Below, one piece after another: positions 8,494-15,490 of a DNA stretch of 38,205 bases (positions are counted from its first letter, which is position 1; each line of letters starts with the position of its first letter). Origin of the DNA: Gemmatimonadales bacterium (GTDB lineage: Bacteria > Gemmatimonadota > Gemmatimonadetes > Gemmatimonadales > GWC2-71-9); NCBI GenBank assembly GCA_036769285.1, contig DAIPLK010000007.1, forward strand, positions 1 through 38,205. The letters are read 5' to 3'. The position numbers were made by a program, and so were the translations under genes. The notes under the pieces are model-generated. The model did not search any database, had not been told where the DNA came from, and saw only the letters and a list, made by a program, of their open reading frames with translations.

Positions 8494-10899
8494 TCAGCCT
8501 CCGGTGCGGGACGACCCGTCGCGCCGCTGAATCCCCAGCTCCGCCACGAGCGCGGCCAGCAGCCGCGCCTCTGCCTCGTCCACCTCGCTGTCGCGCAGGG
8601 TGCGGTCCGGTGCGCGGAAGGTGAGCCTGAACGCCACGCTCCGCGTGCCGGCCGGCAGCTCCGGCCCGCGATAATCGCTCTCCACGTCCACCCGCTCGAG
8701 CAGTGCGCCGCCGGCCCGATGGAGCAGCGTCTCCACCTGCCGCGCGCGCACCCCCTCGGGGAGCAGCAGCGCGAGCACGCGCTCGGACGACGGTGTCGTG
8801 GGCAGCGGCGCGAAGGGGGCCGGACGGCGGGGCGCCGGATCGACAAGGAGCTCGAACCCGAAGAGCGGCGCCGCCCAGGGCGGGGCGTCGGCGGCCAGCG
8901 GACCGCCTCCGCCGACCACGCGGCCGTCGCGATCCCGAACCACCCAAACCTGCCCTTCAACCTGCACTTCGGCGTCGGGAATAGCCAGTGCGACGGCGGC
9001 CTCGAGCCGGCCCTTGAGATCCCAGATGTCGAACCGCGCCTCGCCGGTACCGGTCCAGTGCTCGGGCTCACGGCGACCGGTGAGGACGGCGGCCAGGCGG
9101 CGCTCCTCGCGCGGGCGCTCGCCGGCGGCGCCGGCCGCGAAGGTGGTGCCGATCTCGAACAGGCGGATGTCGGCCACCCGGGTGGCCCAGTTGGCCTCGA
9201 CCAGCCTCACGAGCCCCGGCAGCAGCCGCCGCCGCAGCCAGGCGTCGTCGGCTGCGAGCGGATTGAGCAGGCGGACGCTGTCGGGACCGTTGGCCGGACC
9301 CATCGGCAGGCTCACCACTTCGTAGAACCCCTCGGCCGCGAGTCCGCGGCGAAGCCTCGCGGCGACCACTTCCTCGGGCGCGTCCGGCAGATTCCCCACC
9401 CGGAACCGCTGAAGCTCCGAGGGGAAGCTGTCGTAGCCGTGCAGGCGAGCGATCTCCTCGATCAGGTCGATTTCGCGCTGCAGATCCGGCCGCCAGCCCG
9501 GGACATCGACCGCGATGCGGCCGTCTTCGGGTTTGCTCACGACGGTGGCACCGATCGCGACGAGATGCCGCTCCAGCTCGTGCCACGGCAGCTCGACACC
9601 CAGCAACTGCGCCACACGGGCGGGCCGGAGGAAGATCCGCGGTGGGCTGGACGGCGCCGGCCAGAGGTCGAGCGGCGCGTCCAGCAGCGTGCCTCCCGCG
9701 GTGGCGAGCACGAGCTCGATGCAGCGACGCATCGCCGCCTCGCCACCCCAGAGATCGATGCCTCGCTCGAACCGGTAGCTGGCCTCGGTGCTGAGGTTGA
9801 GGTCGCGGCGCGTGCGGCGGATCCGCGCCGGGCTCCAGTACGCCGCTTCCAGCAGGATCTCCCCGCTCGCGTCGCTCACCTCGGTAGTCGCGCCACCCAT
9901 GACCCCGGCAAGCCCGATGACCCCCTCGCCGTCGGCGATCGCCACCATCTCGTCGGTGAGCGGGCGCTCGACGTCGTCGAGCGTCACCAGCCGCTCGCCG
10001 GTACGGGCCCGACGAACGATCAGCCTGCTCCCCCGGAGGCGCGCGAGGTCGTAGGCGTGCATCGGCTGGTTGAGCTCGAACATCACGTAGTTCGTGGCGT
10101 CCACGACGTTGTTGATCGAGCGCACGCCGACGGCCTCGAGCCGGTGGCGGAGCCATTCGGGGGACGGGCCGACCGTTGCGCCGTGGATGACGGCCGCGTG
10201 GAACCGCGGGCACGATTCCGTGTCCTCGATCGCGATGCGCACGCCGCCCACGGTCCCGGCGGCGCCGGCGCGCCGGGCGGGGGGCACGTCGAGGCCGGCC
10301 GTGCCCGGCACCTGCGGTAGGCGGAACGGGGTGTCGTACGAGGCCGACAGCTCGCGCGCCACTCCCTTGTGACCGAGCAGGTCGGGACGATTGGGGGTGA
10401 CGTCCACGATCAGGCGATGGTCGGCCAGCGGGACCGCCCGGAGGAAAGGGGTGCCGGGCGCCGCGTCGGTGGCGAGCTCGAGGATGCCGTCGTGCTCCTG
10501 GCCGAGGCCGAGCTCGCGGGCACTGCAGAGCATCCCCTCGGAGACCTCGCCGCGCAGCTTGGCCTTCTCGAGCTTCATCGGCGCGCCGCCCTTGCCGTGC
10601 GGCACGGTCGTACCCACGCGGGCGAACGGGTACCTCTTCCCGGCGGTGACGTTGGGCGCGCCGCAGACCACGTGGAGTTGGCGGTCGGTCCCGTCGCTGA
10701 CGAGGCAGACGCGAAGCCGGTCCGCATTGGGGTGAGGGCGGACCTCCTCGACGAGGCCGATGACGATCTCGCCCAGATCGGCGTGCAGTGGCTCCACGGC
10801 GTCCACCGGCGCGCCAAGCATGGTGAGGCGCGCGGTCACGTCCGCGGGATCCAGCTCGCGACGGAGGAACTCCTGGAGCCAGCGGAGGGAGATGTTCAT
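8494..10899 (-). CDS. pheT: Phenylalanine--tRNA ligase beta subunit
   Basis: 801-aa ORF with MNISLRWLQEF start, tRNA-binding, B3/4 and B5 regions, and a C-terminal FDX-ACB-like domain. Adjacent to pheS. Confidence 0.95.
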   Translation of the reverse strand: MNISLRWLQEFLRRELDPADVTARLTMLGAPVDAVEPLHADLGEIVIGLVEEVRPHPNADRLRVCLVSDGTDRQLHVVCGAPNVTAGKRYPFARVGTTVPHGKGGAPMKLEKAKLRGEVSEGMLCSARELGLGQEHDGILELATDAAPGTPFLRAVPLADHRLIVDVTPNRPDLLGHKGVARELSASYDTPFRLPQVPGTAGLDVPPARRAGAAGTVGGVRIAIEDTESCPRFHAAVIHGATVGPSPEWLRHRLEAVGVRSINNVVDATNYVMFELNQPMHAYDLARLRGSRLIVRRARTGERLVTLDDVERPLTDEMVAIADGEGVIGLAGVMGGATTEVSDASGEILLEAAYWSPARIRRTRRDLNLSTEASYRFERGIDLWGGEAAMRRCIELVLATAGGTLLDAPLDLWPAPSSPPRIFLRPARVAQLLGVELPWHELERHLVAIGATVVSKPEDGRIAVDVPGWRPDLQREIDLIEEIARLHGYDSFPSELQRFRVGNLPDAPEEVVAARLRRGLAAEGFYEVVSLPMGPANGPDSVRLLNPLAADDAWLRRRLLPGLVRLVEANWATRVADIRLFEIGTTFAAGAAGERPREERRLAAVLTGRREPEHWTGTGEARFDIWDLKGRLEAAVALAIPDAEVQVEGQVWVVRDRDGRVVGGGGPLAADAPPWAAPLFGFELLVDPAPRRPAPFAPLPTTPSSERVLALLLPEGVRARQVETLLHRAGGALLERVDVESDYRGPELPAGTRSVAFRLTFRAPDRTLRDSEVDEAEARLLAALVAELGIQRRDGSSRTGG

Positions 10900-10923
10900 C
10901 GCGGTCCCTGCATCCGGCCCTGG

Positions 10924-10992
10924 GAGTCATCCCGAGCGGCGCGGAGGAGGCCATGCCGGGCCATGCCCCCTTCGCTTCGCTCAGGGTGACTC
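10924..10992. repeat. Palindromic intergenic element, copy C
   Basis: GAGTCATCCCGAGCGGCGCGGAGGAGG ... CCCCCTTCGCTTCGCTCAGGGTGACTC, with loop CCATGCCGGGCCATG. Lies in the pheS-pheT spacer. Confidence 0.85.
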
Positions 10993-11013
10993 GGGCCGTG
11001 CACCGGCCTCGAC

Positions 11014-12120
11014 TCACGCATCCCGACCTCCCGACGTTCCACCTCCCGGCCTCCCCACCTGCGCCAGGAACCGCATGTCCCCCCCGAGCAGCAGCCTGAT
11101 GTCCGGCACCCCATAGCGCAGCAGCGCGATCCGGTGCGGCCCCATGCCGAACGCCCATCCCGTGTACTTCTCGGAATCGAGGTGGCAGTTCTCCAGCACC
11201 GCTGGGTGCACCATGCCGCAGCCGAGGATCTCCATCCACCCGGTCCCCTTGCATGCGGGGCAGCCGTTCCCATGGCAGAGCTGGCACTCGACGTCCATTT
11301 CCGCCGACGGCTCGGTGAACGGGAAGAACGAGGGCCGGAACCGGGTCCTGGTCGTGGGCGAGAAGAACCGGTGCGCGAAGTGGTTGAGCGTCGCCTTGAG
11401 GTCCACGAACGAGATTCCCTCATCGACCGCGAGCCCCTCGATCTGCGAGAAGGCCGGCAGGTGCGAGGCGTCCATGGCGTCGTTGCGGTAGACCATCCCG
11501 GGAATGACCACCCGCACCGGCGGCGGCGAGGCCAGCATCGTGCGGATCTGCACCGGCGAGGTATGGGTGCGGAGCAGCAGCCTGCCCCCGGGCTCGCCGG
11601 CGGCCGGCGGCGCGTCGAGGTACAGCGTGTCGTGCATGTCCATCGCCGGGTGGTCCGCCGGGAAATTGAGCGCGAGGAAGTTGTACCACTCGGTCTCGAC
11701 TTCCGGCCCCGTCGCGGTGGCGAAGCCGAGCTCGCGGAAGATCCCGACGATCTCGTCCACCACCTTCGTCACCGGATGCTCGGCGCCGACCCAGCGGCGG
11801 CGGCCGGGCATGGTGAGGTCCGCCTCGGCCTCCTCGCGCCGCCGCCGTTCCGCCTCGAGCGCCTCGGCACGCCCGGCGAACGCCGTCTCGAACCGGACCT
11901 TGAGCTGGTTCACCGCCGCGCCGTAGCTCTTGCGCTCCTCGACCGGCAGCGACGCGAGCGACTTGAGCATGGCGGTGAGGAGCCCGCTCTTGCGGCCGAG
12001 GATGGCGATCTGCTCGGCCTCGAGCGCCTCGGAGGTCAGCGCGGGGATGGCCTCGAGGCGCGGCAGCAGCGCGTCGAGATCGGGATAGCCGGTGGACACG
12101 GGTGCGGAGCTCAGGGACAT
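11014..12120 (-). CDS. pheS: Phenylalanine--tRNA ligase alpha subunit
   Basis: 368-aa ORF with class II aaRS motifs (HPVTKV, LLRTHTSPVQIR, FPFTEPSAEMDV, GWMEILGCGMVHP). Confidence 0.95.
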   Translation of the reverse strand: MSLSSAPVSTGYPDLDALLPRLEAIPALTSEALEAEQIAILGRKSGLLTAMLKSLASLPVEERKSYGAAVNQLKVRFETAFAGRAEALEAERRRREEAEADLTMPGRRRWVGAEHPVTKVVDEIVGIFRELGFATATGPEVETEWYNFLALNFPADHPAMDMHDTLYLDAPPAAGEPGGRLLLRTHTSPVQIRTMLASPPPVRVVIPGMVYRNDAMDASHLPAFSQIEGLAVDEGISFVDLKATLNHFAHRFFSPTTRTRFRPSFFPFTEPSAEMDVECQLCHGNGCPACKGTGWMEILGCGMVHPAVLENCHLDSEKYTGWAFGMGPHRIALLRYGVPDIRLLLGGDMRFLAQVGRPGGGTSGGRDA

Positions 12121-12166
12121 GGGTGACTCATGCTCAACGGGGCCGCTCGCCGAGCGCGAACGGCCC

Positions 12167-12209
12167 CATCCGGGCGAAAGACGGGGGCGCGGCAGACCGC
12201 GCCCGGATG
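12167..12209 (-). terminator. Structured rplT-pheS spacer (terminator/attenuator-like helices)
   Basis: On the minus-strand RNA, hairpin GGGCGCGG-UCUG-CCGCGCCC (12204..12185) is followed by CCGUCUUUCG. A 10-bp helix CAUCCGGGCG/CGCCCGGAUG (12209-12200 with 12176-12167) shares 5 nt with that hairpin. Confidence 0.35.
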
Positions 12210-12221
12210 CGGCGGCGCGCG

Positions 12222-12575
12222 CTACTGGTTGTTCTTGGCTACGTCGGCCAGCTTGCCGAAGGCGTCCGCATCGCGCACGGCAAGGTCGGCCAGCACCTTC
12301 CGGTTGATCTCGACGCCGCCCTTCTTGAGCCCCGCGACCAGCCGGCTGTAGCTCAGGCCGTGGATGCGGGCCGCCGCGTTGATGCGGGTGATCCAGAGCG
12401 CACGGAACTCGGACTTCTTCTTGCGGCGGTCGCGATACGCGTACCGCATGGCGCGCTCGGCCGTCTCCTTGGCCGCCTTGTACAGCTTGCTCCGGCCGCC
12501 GCGAGCACCCTTGGCGGCCTCCATGATCTTCTTCTTCCGGGCGTGGTGGGCGACACCGTTCTTGACGCGAGGCAT
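12222..12575 (-). CDS. rplT: 50S ribosomal protein L20
   Basis: 117-aa ORF: [16 protein letters not shown]...[12 protein letters not shown]. Confidence 0.97.
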   Translation of the reverse strand: MPRVKNGVAHHARKKKIMEAAKGARGGRSKLYKAAKETAERAMRYAYRDRRKKKSEFRALWITRINAAARIHGLSYSRLVAGLKKGGVEINRKVLADLAVRDADAFGKLADVAKNNQ

Positions 12576-12584
12576 GGTCGCTCC

Positions 12585-12779
12585 TTAGGCCTGAAGCAGC
12601 CGGTTGACGCGCGGGAAGTCGGCCGAGCTCACCAGATCGCCCTTCTTGAGCCGGTTCTTCCGTTTCCGCGTCTTCTTGGTCAGGATGTGGCTGTGATTGG
12701 CGTGCCAGCGCTTCAGCTTGCCAGTCCCGGTCTTCTTGAAGCGCTTCATCGCCGCGCGCTTCGTCTTCTGCTTAGGCAT
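12585..12779 (-). CDS. rpmI: 50S ribosomal protein L35
   Basis: 64-aa basic ORF: [24 protein letters not shown]...H. Confidence 0.95.
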   Translation of the reverse strand: MPKQKTKRAAMKRFKKTGTGKLKRWHANHSHILTKKTRKRKNRLKKGDLVSSADFPRVNRLLQA

Positions 12780-12796
12780 CGTGCTCCCCTGGTGGC

Positions 12797-12845
12797 GACG
12801 GAGAGCAAGCCTCTCCGTCTTCTCCGTCGTCTCCGTCCCCCCGTC
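12797..12845 (-). repeat. Hairpin plus tandem 9-mer repeats in the infC-rpmI spacer
   Basis: On the plus strand, GACGGAGAG (12797-12805), loop CAAGC, then CTCTCCGTC / TTCTCCGTC / GTCTCCGTC (12811-12837) and a degenerate CCCCCGTC (12838-12845). The single left arm is complementary to each tandem copy. Confidence 0.8.
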
Positions 12846-13367
12846 CTACTTCGGCGCGATGACCATCGTCATGTTGCGCCCCTCGAGCTTCGCGTCGGCC
12901 TCGATCTTTCCCACGTCCGCCAGGCTGGCGGCCACTCGGTCCAGCACTGCCCTGCCCAGCTCGAGGTGGGCGATCTGGCGCCCGCGAAACATCATGGTGA
13001 CCTTCACTTTGTTCCCGTCCCCGAGAAACTCCCGCGCATGACGGGTCTTGAAGTCGAAGTCATGATCGTCGATGCCGGGACGGTACTTCACTTCCTTCAG
13101 CTGGATGACGTGCTGCTTCTTCTTGGCCGCCCGCGCCGCCTTGGCCTCCTCGAACTTGAACTTCCCGTAGTCCATGATCTTGACGACGGGGGGGCGCGCG
13201 GTTGGCGCCACCTCCACGAGATCCAGCCCCCGTTCCTGCGCAGCGGCGAGCGCCTCCTCGATGGGCAGCACCCCCAACTGCTCGCCATCCCCTGTGATCA
13301 CGCGCACCGGACTGATGCGGATCATGCGATTGACGCGGACACGCTTATCGCGATCGTTCGTGGACAG
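12846..13367 (-). CDS. infC: Translation initiation factor IF-3
   Basis: The ORF from ATG 13325 is clearly IF-3 (DGEQLGV, PPVVKIMDYGKFKFE, RGRQIAHLELG). The in-frame upstream codons STNDRDKRVRVNR align with the conserved IF-3 N-terminus (R.NR.N..IR). The likely start is therefore CTG at 13367-13365, 8 nt downstream of GGAGG (13380-13376). The minimal ATG version is 12846..13325. Confidence 0.85.
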   Translation of the reverse strand: MSTNDRDKRVRVNRMIRISPVRVITGDGEQLGVLPIEEALAAAQERGLDLVEVAPTARPPVVKIMDYGKFKFEEAKAARAAKKKQHVIQLKEVKYRPGIDDHDFDFKTRHAREFLGDGNKVKVTMMFRGRQIAHLELGRAVLDRVAASLADVGKIEADAKLEGRNMTMVIAPK

Positions 13368-13385
13368 TGGGCGTGCCTCCCAGGC

Positions 13386-13422
13386 GAAATGAAAAGGGCA
13401 CCCTTCCTACTGCCGGGTGCCC
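13386..13422 (-). terminator. Intrinsic-terminator-like hairpin in the infC leader
   Basis: Minus-strand RNA reads GGGCACCC-(11-nt loop)-GGGUGCCC followed directly by UUUUCAUUU. The stem arms are 13415-13422 and 13396-13403. It ends 5 nt before the infC Shine-Dalgarno sequence. Confidence 0.5.
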
Positions 13423-13551
13423 GCAATGCCACCTGCCGCGCCGGCCAGACGGCCAGCTGTCGGCAACGATGCCGGGACCCGGGTGCGCTGCGGCACCGGG
13501 GCCGGCAGGCTGAGGGTGGGGGAGTTGCCTCCCCGCTTCTATGAGTGGGGC

Positions 13552-13580
13552 AAGCTAGCGGACGTAAGGCGTTGTGTCAA
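13552..13580 (-). promoter_or_regulatory. Candidate sigma70-type promoter for infC-rpmI-rplT
   Basis: Minus strand reads TTGACA (13580-13575), a 17-nt spacer, then TAGCTT (13557-13552). Found by eye only. Confidence 0.3.
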
Positions 13581-13607
13581 CGTCGGATCGTAGTGCCCGC
13601 GCAGGCT

Positions 13608-13700
13608 CCGAGTCACCTTGAACGAAGTGAAGGGGGCATGACCCGACGCCTGGCCCGTTCGCGGGGTTCACGCCGAGCGCGGCGAACGGGCTCAGGACCA
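13608..13700. repeat. Palindromic intergenic element, copy D (degenerate right arm)
   Basis: Left arm CCGAGTCACCTTGAACGAAGTGAAGGGGGCATG is nearly identical to the left arm of copy E. The right side (..CCCGTTCGC.. and CGAACGGGCTCAGGACCAT ending at 13700) is only loosely complementary. Confidence 0.55.
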
Positions 13701-13703
13701 TTC

Positions 13704-14618
13704 CTACCCCGCTCGAATCGCCCGTGGCGCCTCCACGACCTCCCGCAGCCCGACGCCCTTCCCCTCCGCCACGACCACGCCGGACGCGATGGCCGGGTCA
13801 TGCTCGAACACCAGCCGCCACCCACCCGCCACGGCGTCCCTGAGCAGCCCCCGTTTGCTCTCCAGCGTCCGGAGCGGCTCCAGGTCGTACCCCATGATCC
13901 ATGGCAGCGGCAGATGGGCCACCGTCGGGATCAGGTCGGCGATGAACGCGGCCGTCTCCCCGCCGTCCTGGACCAGCACCGCTTGATGAAACGGCACGTG
14001 GCCTGGTGTGAGCCGCACCGAGATCCCGGGAAGCACCTGCCCGTCCCCCTCGAGCAACCGCCACCGGCCCGCCGCCGCGATCGGCTCGAAGTTGGACGGC
14101 AGGTAGCTGGCCCGCGTCCGCTCGTTGGTGTGGCGGGCGAACTCGAGCTCCGCCCGCTGCACCACGTAGGTCGCATGGGGGAATGTGGGCCGGACGTGTC
14201 GCCTCGGGTCGTTCTCGAGCTCGGGGTCGATGGTGGTGTTGCCGCCCGCGTGGTCGAAGTGCAGATGGGTGTTGATGACCCAGCGCACGTCCACGGGCAG
14301 GAAACCGGCGGAGGCAAGCGCGTCCTCCAGCTGGGTGGCACCTTCCAGCCCCGCGTTCTCGACCCCGTAGATGTCGAGGAACTTGCGGTCTTCCTTGTTG
14401 CCCAGCGCGGTGTCGATCAGTACCAGGCCGTCGGGGTGCTCGACCAGGAGGCACCGCATCGCGAGCGGGATGCGGTGCCGCTCGTCGGGGGTCACCCGGG
14501 TCTGCCAGAGCGGCCGCGGAACCACGCCGAACATCGCGCCGCCGTCGAGCCGCTGCTCCCCGCCCTCGAGCGTGTGGCAGCGGAGGCGGCCGACCTGGAA
14601 CGTGCGCGAGAGGCTCAT
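13704..14618 (-). CDS. MBL-fold metallo-hydrolase (AHL-lactonase-like motif)
   Basis: 304-aa tail of ORF 13704..14906, starting MSLSRTFQVG. Has the HxHxDH motif as THLHFDHAGGN and a later TPGHVPFH. The ATG overlaps the upstream stop (ATGA at 14615-14618). Confidence 0.85.
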   Translation of the reverse strand: MSLSRTFQVGRLRCHTLEGGEQRLDGGAMFGVVPRPLWQTRVTPDERHRIPLAMRCLLVEHPDGLVLIDTALGNKEDRKFLDIYGVENAGLEGATQLEDALASAGFLPVDVRWVINTHLHFDHAGGNTTIDPELENDPRRHVRPTFPHATYVVQRAELEFARHTNERTRASYLPSNFEPIAAAGRWRLLEGDGQVLPGISVRLTPGHVPFHQAVLVQDGGETAAFIADLIPTVAHLPLPWIMGYDLEPLRTLESKRGLLRDAVAGGWRLVFEHDPAIASGVVVAEGKGVGLREVVEAPRAIRAG

Positions 14619-15490
14619 GCCGGACCCTCCGCGGCGCTCTCCGCGCGGGGCTCGGTGGGCATGGCCCGCCGCCCGGCCCGCGCGCCCCCGGTGCGCCGGA
14701 GCGCGATCGCGCAGAGATCCTGGAGGGTGCAGGCCCCCTCCTCGCGCGCCAGGCGGAGCAGCCGCTCGAGCAGATCGGCCGTGACCAGTGCGTCCCCCGC
14801 CGCGCGGTGCCGGGCGGCGTTCTCGAACCCGAAGTGCTGGGTCAGGTTGTCGAGCCCGCACGAGCGCACGTCCCGGACCAGCCGGCGCGCCAGCCGCACG
14901 GTGCAAAGCTGCGGCCCGTCGAGGGTTATCGCCTTCGCCCGCCGCAGCTCCGCGCTCACGAATCCCCAGTCGAACCGGGCGTTATGGGCCACGAACACCC
15001 GGCCGGCCAGCGCCGCGAGCACCTGGTCGGCCACCTCGGCGAACCTCGGGGCGTCGCACACCATCTCGTTCGTGATGTTGGTGATGGCGCAGACGGCCGG
15101 GGGAATCGGCCGGCCCGGATTGATCAGCGAGTCGAACACCACCTCGCGCCGCCCGCCGTGCGCCACCACGACGGCGATCTCGGTGATCCGGTCGCTCGCG
15201 CCCGCCCGCATTCCCGTGGTCTCCACGTCCACCACCGCAAATGCGCATTCGTCGAGCAGCGGCGAGCCCTGGGCCTCGGGGATGAGCCCCCATCGCCCGT
15301 CGGCGAGCTGCCGCACGCGCGGATCGGCGCCGAGCAGCGCGATGGCGATCCGCTCACACACCGCCTCGGACGCGCCCGGCAGGCCCAGCACGCGGTGGCA
15401 GAGCGTGGCCGCCGGGCGCGGCCCCTCGCGCAGCGTCTCCACCACCCGGTCGAGCAGGGTGCTGGCCGAATGGACCGCCAACCCCGTCAC
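14615..15490 (-). CDS. DEDDh 3'-5' exonuclease (DnaQ/epsilon-like) with N-terminal HARE-HTH-like domain
   Basis: Tail of ORF 14615..16030. GTG at 15490 overlaps the arcA stop (GTGA). Exo I is FAVVDVETTG, Exo II is FVAHNARFDWGF, Exo III is HRAAGDA. The N-terminal ~85 aa end in ..RIAIALLGADPRVRQLADGRWGL. Confidence 0.8.
   Translation of the reverse strand: MTGLAVHSASTLLDRVVETLREGPRPAATLCHRVLGLPGASEAVCERIAIALLGADPRVRQLADGRWGLIPEAQGSPLLDECAFAVVDVETTGMRAGASDRITEIAVVVAHGGRREVVFDSLINPGRPIPPAVCAITNITNEMVCDAPRFAEVADQVLAALAGRVFVAHNARFDWGFVSAELRRAKAITLDGPQLCTVRLARRLVRDVRSCGLDNLTQHFGFENAARHRAAGDALVTADLLERLLRLAREEGACTLQDLCAIALRRTGGARAGRRAMPTEPRAESAAEGPA

Noticed and set aside
9068-11287. 739-aa minus-strand ORF spanning the pheT/pheS junction, plus many 60-250-aa ORFs nested in genes.
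   Set aside because: It is out of frame with the clearly real pheT and pheS genes. It runs straight through the intergenic palindromic element, and its composition is Arg/Pro/Gly-dominated. This is a shadow ORF.
12101-12130. GCTCAGGGACATGGGTGACTCA at the pheS start resembles a broken right arm of the palindromic element (GCTCAGGGTGACTC).
   Set aside because: The match is short, interrupted, has no partner arm, and half of it is constrained coding sequence (MSLS). It is most likely coincidence.
12121-12221. T-box riboswitch or Phe-rich leader peptide upstream of pheS.
   Set aside because: No T-box consensus (..GGUGGUACCGCG..) or specifier-loop architecture is present, the spacer is only 100 nt, and no mini-ORF enriched in Phe codons is visible.
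12797-12845. Tandem 9-mers as a possible CRISPR or other array.
   Set aside because: The units are contiguous 9-bp repeats without spacers, and there are only 3-4 copies. That is a microsatellite or hairpin feature, not a CRISPR array. No CRISPR-like repeat-spacer structure was seen anywhere in the window.
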